Assembly: GCA_043799545.1 (NCBI GenBank) | Contig: JAZDNO010000025.1 | Location: 1-55,952 of the forward strand | Length of the DNA: 55,952 bases | Direction: 5' to 3' | Source of the DNA: Methanobacteriota archaeon | GTDB lineage: Archaea > Thermoplasmatota > Thermoplasmata > SG8-5 > DAIRED01 | Part shown: positions 48,145 to 55,952 of the stretch, piece by piece | Numbering within the stretch: the stretch's first letter is position 1 | Layout: each line of letters begins with the position of its first letter | The notes under the pieces: model-generated | Told to the model about the DNA's origin: nothing | Databases searched by the model: none | What the model saw: only the letters and a program-made list of their open reading frames with translations | Made by a program: the position numbers and the translations under genes

Positions 48145-49374
48145 ATGGGCGATGGTGAAGCGGGCTTGAAAGGACGGGACCCCATCATCTTGTTCGTGGC
48201 GATGTCCAACAGCATCCATACGACCCGATACATAAATCAGCTGGCAGAAACGGGATGGGACCTTCACCTTTTCCCCAGCATCGAGGTGGGGCGGGTCCAC
48301 CCGGAACTGCAAAACACAACCGTCCACTACTCCGAGGGGGAGAGGATGGACCTCCGCTTTGCGCGTATGCGGAAGGTCCCGGTTTTTGGCCGCCAACTCG
48401 CCGGCATGATGATTTCCATAATGAAGAGAATTAATCCGCCATCGCCTCGCCACGTGCAATTGAGGAACCTAATCGACGAATTGAAACCGGACATCATCCA
48501 CACGATGGAGACGCAGGCCGCGGGTTATCTCGCGTCGGAGGCAAGAAAATTAAAAGGAAGCCCTTTTCCAAAGTGGATTCATACTATCTGGGGGAGCGAC
48601 CTCTCCTGCTTTGGGGAACAAAGAGCTCACAGGGAAAAAATCAGCGAGGTGCTCTCTTCATGCGATTACTTCACCTGCGAATGCGAGAGGGATGTGGCCA
48701 TCGCGAGGGATATGGGGTTCAGGGGCGAAGTCCTCGCGGTATCGTCAGTTTATGGCGGGCTGGATTTTGATTTGTGCTCGAGCCTGAGGCAGCCGGGGCC
48801 AACGTCGCTCCGGAAGTCAATCATGCTGAAGGGATACCAGGGATGGGCCGGCAGGGCTCTGGTGGGGGTCGAAGCCATCGAGCGCTGCGCTGACGTGCTC
48901 GGGGACTACGAGGTCGTCGTCTACGTGGCCGCACCGGAGGTCGCTGCCGCGGCGGAGAGTTTCAGCAAGAGGAAGGGGATTCCGGTGAGGATTGTCCCGT
49001 TGGGCTCTCCGCATACGGAAATCCTTCGTGGTCACGGAATGGCAAGGATTTCAATCGGCCTCAGCATGACGGACGGACTTCCTTCGTCAATCATGGAGGC
49101 AATGGCGATGGGGTCGTTCCCCATACAATCGAACACGGCCTGTGCGGACAGATGCATATCTCACGGCAAGACAGGCATGCTCGTCCCGCCGGAGGATTGC
49201 GGGGCCGTGGAAGAGGCGATACGGTTCGCCCTGTCCAACGACAAGCTCTTGGACGATGCCGCCGAGATTAACCTCAAGTTGGTTGAGGCGCGCATGGACA
49301 TGCGCATGTTGAGGGACCTGGCCATAGGGACGTATCAAAGGATTTATATTGGGCACGGTGTATCCAATGGATGA
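48145..49374 (+). CDS. Glycosyltransferase family 4
   Basis: IWGSDL, DGLPSSIMEAMAMGSFPIQS; GAGGTG SD upstream of ATG 48145. Confidence 0.85.
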   Translation: MGDGEAGLKGRDPIILFVAMSNSIHTTRYINQLAETGWDLHLFPSIEVGRVHPELQNTTVHYSEGERMDLRFARMRKVPVFGRQLAGMMISIMKRINPPSPRHVQLRNLIDELKPDIIHTMETQAAGYLASEARKLKGSPFPKWIHTIWGSDLSCFGEQRAHREKISEVLSSCDYFTCECERDVAIARDMGFRGEVLAVSSVYGGLDFDLCSSLRQPGPTSLRKSIMLKGYQGWAGRALVGVEAIERCADVLGDYEVVVYVAAPEVAAAAESFSKRKGIPVRIVPLGSPHTEILRGHGMARISIGLSMTDGLPSSIMEAMAMGSFPIQSNTACADRCISHGKTGMLVPPEDCGAVEEAIRFALSNDKLLDDAAEINLKLVEARMDMRMLRDLAIGTYQRIYIGHGVSNG

Positions 49375-50275
49375 CATGATAGTATTGGTCTTGGGCGCCT
49401 ACGGGATGCTCGGGCACAAGATGTTCAACCAGCTGGACGATGGCTTGAAAACATACGGGACCTGCCGGGCTGCGCGGAAGAATCCCGGTCTGTCGTCGCT
49501 GATGCCCATGGATAGGCTTGTGGCAGGGGTAGACGCCTCATCAATTCAAACCGTGGAGAACGCCATAAAAAAATTTCAACCAGATGCGGTCGTGAACTGC
49601 GTCGGGATAATAAAACAACTTAAGGAGGCCAAGGACCCGATCCCGAGCATCGAAATCAATTCGCTTTTCCCGCACAGGCTGGCCAAAATATGCAGGGACA
49701 ACCGCGTCCGTCTCATCCATTTCAGCACGGATTGCGTTTTCTCAGGGAAAAAAGGGTTCTATGTACCGGAGGATTTGCCCGACGCTGAGGATGTCTATGG
49801 CCGAAGCAAGCTTCTCGGCGAGGTCTCCGGGGAGGGCTGCCTCACAATCAGGAGTTCTATCATCGGACGGGAATTATTCACGAGAAACGGGCTTCTCGAA
49901 TGGTTCATCGGCAATTCCGGGGGCCGTGTGGCCGGTTACAAGAAGGCGATATACAGCGGTTTCACGACCAACGAGATGGTCAGGATAGTAAACCGCCTCC
50001 TGGTCAAGCATCCGGATGTTTCAGGGGTTTGGCACGTCGCTTCCGAGCCTATCTCAAAATACGACCTACTGAGGATGATTAACCACAAGATGGACTTGAA
50101 CATCGAGGTCATGCCGGACGAGAGCGTCGTCTGCGACAGGAGTTTGGACGGAATGTCTTTTAATGGGAGGACCGGATACGTTCCCCCGTCATGGAGCGCG
50201 ATGATTGACGAGATTTCGAGCGAGGACGCGACAAACTACAGATTATTGAAAGAGAAGGACGTGAAACGATGTTGA
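49367..50275 (+). CDS. RmlD-like NDP-4-keto-6-deoxysugar reductase (SDR)
   Basis: LGAYGMLG, VNCVGIIKQ, STDCVFSG, YGRSK. Confidence 0.85.
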   Translation: MDDMIVLVLGAYGMLGHKMFNQLDDGLKTYGTCRAARKNPGLSSLMPMDRLVAGVDASSIQTVENAIKKFQPDAVVNCVGIIKQLKEAKDPIPSIEINSLFPHRLAKICRDNRVRLIHFSTDCVFSGKKGFYVPEDLPDAEDVYGRSKLLGEVSGEGCLTIRSSIIGRELFTRNGLLEWFIGNSGGRVAGYKKAIYSGFTTNEMVRIVNRLLVKHPDVSGVWHVASEPISKYDLLRMINHKMDLNIEVMPDESVVCDRSLDGMSFNGRTGYVPPSWSAMIDEISSEDATNYRLLKEKDVKRC

Positions 50276-51330
50276 TAGACGGGAAAAAAGTGTTGGTCAC
50301 AGGCGGAACCGGGTCATTGGGCAAGGTCCTTGTGAAGAGGCTGCTGTCGGGTGAAATAGGATCGCCGGAGCGAATCGTTGTATTCTCCCGGGATGAGGCG
50401 AAGCAGCATTTCATGCGGCTCAGTTATTTGAACCGGAAAACGGCCACTGACGACATCATATACCAGAATTTCCAGGAGAAGCTGACCTTCAGAATCGGCG
50501 ACATCCGCGATTTTCACAGCGTAGGCGGAGTCCTGAGGGATGCGGACATCGTCATCAACGCCGCCGCGTTAAAGCAGGTGCCTTCGTGCGAGTATTATCC
50601 GTACGAAGCCGTTCAAACGAACATAGGCGGACCGGAGAATATCATCCGGGCCATCAGGGAGCACAACCTGGACGTCGAAACGGTCATAGGCATTTCTACC
50701 GATAAGGCATGCAAACCCGTCAATGTCATGGGTATGACCAAGGCAATCCAGGAGCGCGTTTTCATCAAGGCGAATATTGACTCTCCAGATACTAGATTTG
50801 TCTGCGTCAGGTACGGGAACGTGCTCGCATCTCGCGGGTCGGTCATTCCATTCTTCCACGAACAGATTGAGAACGGGGGGCCGGTCACCATAACCTCCGC
50901 GGGCATGACCAGGTTCCTGCAGAGTCTCGACCAGGCGGTGGACACTGTATTCACGGCATTAAAGGAAGCAAAACCAGGTGAGACGTACGTTCCGAGGGTT
51001 CCCGCCGTAAGGGTGATGGACATTGTCGACGCCCTCATAGGAAACCGCCGCATAAAAAAGGTAATCACGGGCGTGAGGCCAGGCGAGAAAGTGCACGAGA
51101 TACTGATAACCGAGGAAGAGATATACAGGACGTTTGACAGGAAAAAGTACTACGCCATAGGCCCGATATTGCCTGAACTGGCGTCTAAACAAATCATCAA
51201 GCCCGTGTTAAAGGACGAATACAGCTCCAAGGACGACCTCCTGAGCCCGAAAAAGGTGTACGAGCTTTTGAAGAAGAACCGGCTCCTATTGGGCGATGTC
51301 ATCGAGGAAGAAGGGGATGTATTGCGATGA
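50269..51330 (+). CDS. fnlA: UDP-GlcNAc 4,6-dehydratase/epimerase (FnlA/CapE/WbjB type)
   Basis: GGTGSLG, FSRDEAKQ, AAALKQVPSCEYYP, STDKA, YGNVLASRGSVIP, RPGEKVHE. Confidence 0.85.
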   Translation: MLIDGKKVLVTGGTGSLGKVLVKRLLSGEIGSPERIVVFSRDEAKQHFMRLSYLNRKTATDDIIYQNFQEKLTFRIGDIRDFHSVGGVLRDADIVINAAALKQVPSCEYYPYEAVQTNIGGPENIIRAIREHNLDVETVIGISTDKACKPVNVMGMTKAIQERVFIKANIDSPDTRFVCVRYGNVLASRGSVIPFFHEQIENGGPVTITSAGMTRFLQSLDQAVDTVFTALKEAKPGETYVPRVPAVRVMDIVDALIGNRRIKKVITGVRPGEKVHEILITEEEIYRTFDRKKYYAIGPILPELASKQIIKPVLKDEYSSKDDLLSPKKVYELLKKNRLLLGDVIEEEGDVLR

Positions 51331-52397
51331 AGGTACTGACGGTCCTGGGCACCAGGCCGGAAATCATCCGATTGAGCCGGGTGATTGAGAAGCTAGACAA
51401 AAGCGCAGACCACGTGATCGTGCACACCGGCCAGAACTACGACAAGAACCTCGATGAGATATTCTTCAGGCAGCTGGGCGTCAGGAAGCCGGACCACTAC
51501 CTCGGGGCCAGGGGCAGCTTCGCGGAGCAGGTGGGAACCATCTTGAATGGCACTGAGGCGGCCATAGCTTCGGAAAAGCCTGACAAGATGCTGGTTCTCG
51601 GCGACACGAACAGCGCGCTCTCTGCGCTTGTCGCGAAGCGCCGAGGAGTTCCCGTCTACCACATGGAGGCCGGGAACAGGTGCTACGACGACCGCGTGCC
51701 CGAGGAAGTCAACAGGCGAGTCATAGACCACAGCAGCGACGTGCTCATGCCTTACACCGAAAGGAGCCGCGCGAACCTGGTGCGGGAAGGCATCCCGGGC
51801 GAGAGGATTTTCGTCACCGGGAACCCGATAAAGGAAGTCCTCGACCACTACGAGCCACAGATACGCGCCAGCAAAGTGATGCAGAGGCTCGGCGTAAAAC
51901 CCGGGAAATACTTCCTCGCAACCCTTCACAGGGCGGAGAACGTCGATGTCGCGGAGCGGCTGGACAACTTCGTCAAGGCCTTCAACGCCCTAGCCGCGGA
52001 ATACAAAGTTCCGATAATCTGGAGCGTCCACCCGCACACCCGGGCGAGGCTGCTCAAGCGCAAGCTGGACAAACGCATCACGGCGACTGAGCCCATGGGC
52101 TTATTCGACTTCGTGAAGTTGGAGAAGGGCGCGATGTGCGTCCTCACGGATTCTGGCACGGTCCAGGAGGAGTGCTGTATATTCAAGGTGCCGAACGTCA
52201 CTCTGCGAGACGTCACTGAGCGGCCCGAGACAATCGAGGTTGGGAGCAACATGCTCAGCGGGGCTGAGCCTAAGCGCATAGGGAAATGCGTCGAGTCTGC
52301 ATTGGGGCACCCCTGCGATTGGCAGCCACCGAGGGAATACCTTGTGAACGATGTCAGCAGCACCGTCGTGAATATAGTGCATGGTTACACACGGTGA
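51327..52397 (+). CDS. fnlC: UDP-2-acetamido-2,6-dideoxy-L-hexose 2-epimerase (FnlC/CapG/WbjD type)
   Basis: GTRPEIIRLS, HTGQNYD, LGDTNS, HMEAGNRCYDDRVPEEVNR, HRAENVD, DSGTVQEE. Confidence 0.85.
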   Translation: MKVLTVLGTRPEIIRLSRVIEKLDKSADHVIVHTGQNYDKNLDEIFFRQLGVRKPDHYLGARGSFAEQVGTILNGTEAAIASEKPDKMLVLGDTNSALSALVAKRRGVPVYHMEAGNRCYDDRVPEEVNRRVIDHSSDVLMPYTERSRANLVREGIPGERIFVTGNPIKEVLDHYEPQIRASKVMQRLGVKPGKYFLATLHRAENVDVAERLDNFVKAFNALAAEYKVPIIWSVHPHTRARLLKRKLDKRITATEPMGLFDFVKLEKGAMCVLTDSGTVQEECCIFKVPNVTLRDVTERPETIEVGSNMLSGAEPKRIGKCVESALGHPCDWQPPREYLVNDVSSTVVNIVHGYTR

Positions 52398-53367
52398 TTG
52401 GCCATTGGTCGGGAACCCCTTAGTTTCCATCGTTATCCCCGTATACAACGGCTCTGACTATCTGAAATGGGCGATAGATAGCGCCCTCGGCCAGACCTAC
52501 AAGAACATTGAGGTTGTCGTCGTCGACGACGGCTCGAACGACGGCGGAAAAACCGACGCCATATGCAAGTCGTACGGGGATAAAATCGTCCACCGGCGGA
52601 AGCCCAACGGGGGCGTCGCCTCGGCCCTCAACGATGGGATAAGGTCGTCGAAAGGTAAATATATATCGTGGCTCAGCCACGACGACATGTACACCCCCGA
52701 CAAGCTGGAAAAACAAATCCAATTCTTGTCTGAATATCGCAAGCTGAACGGCAGGGAATGCATCCCGTACAGCAACTACGTCTCGATAAACGTGGTCGAG
52801 AACACGAGGATTCCAGTCGCCACGCCCGCGGTTCCGCCCGAGGAATTCTTCGAGGCGCTCGTGGTGGCTGAGCACTTCAGCATCCACGGCTGCACCACTC
52901 TTATTCCGAAGCAAGCGTTCGACAAGGTGGGGCTCTTCGACGAGAGGTTGAAGACGACGCAGGATTACGACATGTGGTTCAAGTTGAACACAGAATACGA
53001 CTTCGTGCAGACTGGAGATTTTTTCGTCGAGTCGAGGGACCATCCGCTGCAGGGAACCAAGACCATGAAATCAATACACTCCCGGGAGAAGGACGAGATG
53101 CTCATTTCCGCGTTGAACTATCATTTTAAAAATGAAGCGTCGGAAAAATATGCCATCAAGCGCTACGGCTATGTCGCCCTGTCCTTTAAGAAACGCGGAT
53201 TAACTGGCGCGTACGAATATTCGATGAAGATGCGCGCCAGCAGGAAGGGCGGATTGACCGGCCGGGACGTCCTCTACATAATCTACTCCCTGATTTACTT
53301 CCACAGCATGCTGCGCTCCGGCATTTGCGACCGATTGGACAGGGTGATGTCGGTCATCGTTGGCTGA
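52381..53367 (+). CDS. Glycosyltransferase family 2
   Basis: VSIVIPVYNG, VVDDGS, NGGVASALN, WLSHDD, QDYDMWF. Confidence 0.88.
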   Translation: MVTHGDWPLVGNPLVSIVIPVYNGSDYLKWAIDSALGQTYKNIEVVVVDDGSNDGGKTDAICKSYGDKIVHRRKPNGGVASALNDGIRSSKGKYISWLSHDDMYTPDKLEKQIQFLSEYRKLNGRECIPYSNYVSINVVENTRIPVATPAVPPEEFFEALVVAEHFSIHGCTTLIPKQAFDKVGLFDERLKTTQDYDMWFKLNTEYDFVQTGDFFVESRDHPLQGTKTMKSIHSREKDEMLISALNYHFKNEASEKYAIKRYGYVALSFKKRGLTGAYEYSMKMRASRKGGLTGRDVLYIIYSLIYFHSMLRSGICDRLDRVMSVIVG

Positions 53368-53389
53368 CGCTCTCGACCACGCCAGGATG

Positions 53390-54538
53390 TTATTTTATCA
53401 GCGACTGATAAACCTCTATCTCCCGCTGGATTGTCTCGTTCCAATCGAATTTCTTGGCCCTGTTCCGCAGAGCCTCCCGGTCCCAGGTGCGGTTCAGCGC
53501 TTCCACAACCGCCTTGGCAAACCGTTCCTCGAACCCCTCGCCATCAGGGACGATTATCCCTCCTTCCCCAACCGCTTCCGGAATCCCGCCGCGGTCGCTC
53601 CCGACGACAGGCACGCCGCACGCCTGCGCCTCCACGACCACGCAGCCCCAGCCCTCGTTCCTGCTTGGCAATACCAAGACATCCATGGCGTTCATGTAGG
53701 ATGTCACCTCTGCTGGCGCGACGGCGCCTGTGAATTTCGCTTTCAACCCGAAGGCGCTCATCAGCTTGGCAATCGGCGCTCTCAGCCCGCCGTCCCCGAC
53801 AATCAGGAACTCCATGCCATCTCTCTTCGCGCTGATATCCCTAAATATTTCTGGCAGCGCGTCCGCGCGTTTCACCTCTATTAAATTGCCGACGAAACCT
53901 GTGACATCTCCAGACAAGCCAAGCCGCTTTTTACTTTCCTGGCGGTCTAGAATCGTGAAATTGCCGGAGTCCACCCCGACAGGTATGACGGCAGCGTTCT
54001 CTCCGACGTATCCGAGGCCTTTTGCGGCCTCAAGCAGGTAGTTGCTTGTGAAAATTGCTTTATCAGCGCGGGAAATGGCTGACACAGTCATGGCCTTCAC
54101 CACCGGGTCCAGCCGGGGGCATGTGTGTATGTCGGACCCGTAGCAGGAGACGACCAGCGGGAGCCCGGTCCTATCGCTCAGGATCGTCCCGATATACCCT
54201 TCCGGATGCGGGACGTGGCAATGGATGATGTCGTATTTCGAGAAGTCCACAGTGTCCAATATCTGTTCTGCGATATCCTGGCAAAAACGTTTTTGGAACC
54301 CCATGGGGTCAATCCTTCGTTTCAGGGATTCCGGGAATCCGAAGCGATGGATGAATCCAGTCCACTTGATCCCATCCTTTGTGATGTCCTCAGGCAGGCC
54401 CTCAGCGTCGTCCACCCCCAAAATCCTTTGAAGGAGTGCGTAGCTGGCGCTGTATTTCTTCCCAAGAAAATGCACATCGCACTGATGGCCCCGGCTCCTT
54501 AGATGGAGGATCCTGCGGTTGATGAATACCTCCTTCAT
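53390..54538 (-). CDS. Glycosyltransferase family 4 (true N-terminus probably extends to ~54586)
   Basis: YGSDI, FVGNL...K, LPSRNEGWGCVVVEAQACGVPVVGS. Confidence 0.88.
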   Translation of the reverse strand: MKEVFINRRILHLRSRGHQCDVHFLGKKYSASYALLQRILGVDDAEGLPEDITKDGIKWTGFIHRFGFPESLKRRIDPMGFQKRFCQDIAEQILDTVDFSKYDIIHCHVPHPEGYIGTILSDRTGLPLVVSCYGSDIHTCPRLDPVVKAMTVSAISRADKAIFTSNYLLEAAKGLGYVGENAAVIPVGVDSGNFTILDRQESKKRLGLSGDVTGFVGNLIEVKRADALPEIFRDISAKRDGMEFLIVGDGGLRAPIAKLMSAFGLKAKFTGAVAPAEVTSYMNAMDVLVLPSRNEGWGCVVVEAQACGVPVVGSDRGGIPEAVGEGGIIVPDGEGFEERFAKAVVEALNRTWDREALRNRAKKFDWNETIQREIEVYQSLIK

Positions 54539-54581
54539 CGGGTTGGACGGGGACGGGTGCTCCTGGGAGAGGTAAAAAATC

Positions 54582-55727
54582 CTAAGCGCGCGACAACCCC
54601 CTTTTGATTTTGCTCAGGGCGGAGATGGTTTTTTCGATCAACACTATGTCAGGGCGCATCGAGTAATTCGGGTAATCCAGGATGCATTTCTTTGGCGCAT
54701 TCATTATCGCCTCGAACTCACCTTCGGTGATATCCAGTTTGTTCACCGCGTATTTGATGTCATCCTTGATCTGCACCTCATCATACGGGCTCTTTTCCAA
54801 TTCCAGCAAGGCGCCTCCCCGCGCCATCTGCCCCGCCGCAATCAGGCTGGACAGGTGCGCGCGCCGCTTGTCGTACCCGAATTTCTTGGGCAGGATGTAC
54901 GATTGATAGAATTTCGTGTAGGTGGATTCGTGGTGCTTCGCCCCGTAATCGTGCCATCCGAGCTTATCCATGATGAACGACTTCGCCGCGGTCTTGTCGT
55001 ATTCTATGTAATCCAGCGTGCTGACCACCTTTATCCTGGCGATTTTTTCAAACGCGTTGAACGTGTAATAGCTCATGTGCGGGTACGTCGTCAGCTGCTT
55101 TGTCCCGAACCTCTTCTGAACGCCCTGTATGTATCTCCAGTCGAAATGGCCGTTCGACCAGGCCTTCGGCATGATGGATTCCGAAGCGTAGTTGTAGCCT
55201 GCCAATATATATTTCAAACCTTCTTTTCTGGCTTGATGGAACATCAGCGAGTAGATGGCATGGTCCGAGGGAATCTCCGAGTCGGGGGTGGACGCCTTGA
55301 GAAACGAAAGCTGGAGGTCTCGGAATTCTCCCCAATCTATCACGTGGGTGAACAAATCTATCCCGAGCTTCTTGCAGACATGCTCTATGTTCTGGGTCGC
55401 AATCTCTGAGTTCCATCCGTTGTCCAGGTGAACCGCGAGAGGATTCAACCCCCATTCCTTCATCAGGTACGCGACGTAGGTGCTGTCAACCCCGCCGCTG
55501 ACGCCGATGATGCAATCGTATTTCGCCGGCCCTCGCGATTTTTTTATCTTCTCAACCAACTCAGTCAATAGTTTGCGCTTCGCCTCCTTCGATAGGGAGT
55601 AGGGCGGCTTGCTCAGCTTTCCGATTGCCGAGGTGCAGTGGTTGCATATCCCCTCCGCATCAAACCTGATGGTCGGGTCGGAAGTGTCCATCACGCATCG
55701 CTTGCATATTTGATAATTCGACGCCAT
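54582..55727 (-). CDS. N-acetyl sugar amidotransferase (WbuX/WbpG-like PP-loop ATPase)
   Basis: CKRC..DT...CNHC, GVSGGVDS, HLDNGW, KHHES, DKRRAHLS. Confidence 0.88.
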   Translation of the reverse strand: MASNYQICKRCVMDTSDPTIRFDAEGICNHCTSAIGKLSKPPYSLSKEAKRKLLTELVEKIKKSRGPAKYDCIIGVSGGVDSTYVAYLMKEWGLNPLAVHLDNGWNSEIATQNIEHVCKKLGIDLFTHVIDWGEFRDLQLSFLKASTPDSEIPSDHAIYSLMFHQARKEGLKYILAGYNYASESIMPKAWSNGHFDWRYIQGVQKRFGTKQLTTYPHMSYYTFNAFEKIARIKVVSTLDYIEYDKTAAKSFIMDKLGWHDYGAKHHESTYTKFYQSYILPKKFGYDKRRAHLSSLIAAGQMARGGALLELEKSPYDEVQIKDDIKYAVNKLDITEGEFEAIMNAPKKCILDYPNYSMRPDIVLIEKTISALSKIKRGLSRA

Positions 55728-55775
55728 TTTCTGTTTGTATGCTTGGCCGATATTTATAGCTGTCGAATTCCGACT

Positions 55776-55952
55776 TCATCCGACGTGCCTGGCCAGGTCC
55801 GCGCCCTTGGTCAGCAGCCCGTCTGAGCCCCGGTCGCTTATCTTCGCGGCGGGCACGCCGGCGCTCATTATCCCGGGAGTCGTGAACGATTTCGTGACGA
55901 CCGCGGTCGCGCCGATGGCTATGTCGTTCGCGATTTCTATCGTGCCGAAAAA
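55776..55952 (-). CDS. C-terminal fragment of a hexapeptide-repeat (serine O-acetyltransferase-like) acyltransferase; 5' end beyond the window
   Basis: FGTIEIANDIAIGATAVVTKSF...AGVPAAKIS, TGA at 55776-55778. Confidence 0.75.
   Translation of the reverse strand, partial: FFGTIEIANDIAIGATAVVTKSFTTPGIMSAGVPAAKISDRGSDGLLTKGADLARHVG

Noticed and set aside
50269-54584. TAG stops as pyrrolysine read-through sites
   Set aside because: The TAGs I checked (50273-50275, 54582-54584) end complete proteins and overlap the next gene; no homology continues in frame.

Overview
Archaeal chromosomal segment with mostly GC-rich DNA. The archaeal assignment rests on a PAC2 proteasome chaperone, Lhr helicase, RibD-C reductase, DUF1616, a PGF-CTERM-like sorting signal, TATA-type promoters and a tRNA without encoded CCA. 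Thermoplasmatota is my inference, not tested. (1) 1-15.7 kb: two giant subtilisin-family (S8) surface proteins arranged head to head. The minus-strand one (>2069 aa, runs off the window edge and is missing from the ORF track) has an intact Asp/His/Ser triad. The plus-strand one (~3078 aa) has all three catalytic residues and the oxyanion Asn substituted, so it is a predicted membrane-anchored pseudo-protease. It also carries nested ('matryoshka') repeat domains and a PLDc_N/SHOCT-like tail. (2) 15.8-25.1 kb: radical SAM enzyme, an AT-rich two-module beta-helix (NosD/CASH) protein, Lhr helicase and two uncharacterised genes. (3) 25.2-26.7 kb: tRNA-Leu(CAA) with a structured 3' trailer, osmC and four candidate microproteins below the ORF-track cutoff. 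(4) 26.8-33 kb: an orphan peptide-type solute-binding protein carrying the same nested module, plus housekeeping genes; the ribD-C start is duplicated as a 10-codon uORF. (5) 33-56 kb: a GT-C/FtsX-type ABC/DUF1616 module and a large glycan locus (gmd, fcl, two 2-epimerases, wzm/wzt, three methyltransferases, GT11, GT2s, GT4s, a FnlA/RmlD-like/FnlC set, an N-acetyl-sugar amidotransferase, an acyltransferase). I saw no CRISPR array, rRNA, integrase or transposase. All family calls come from motifs read by eye; no searches were run.
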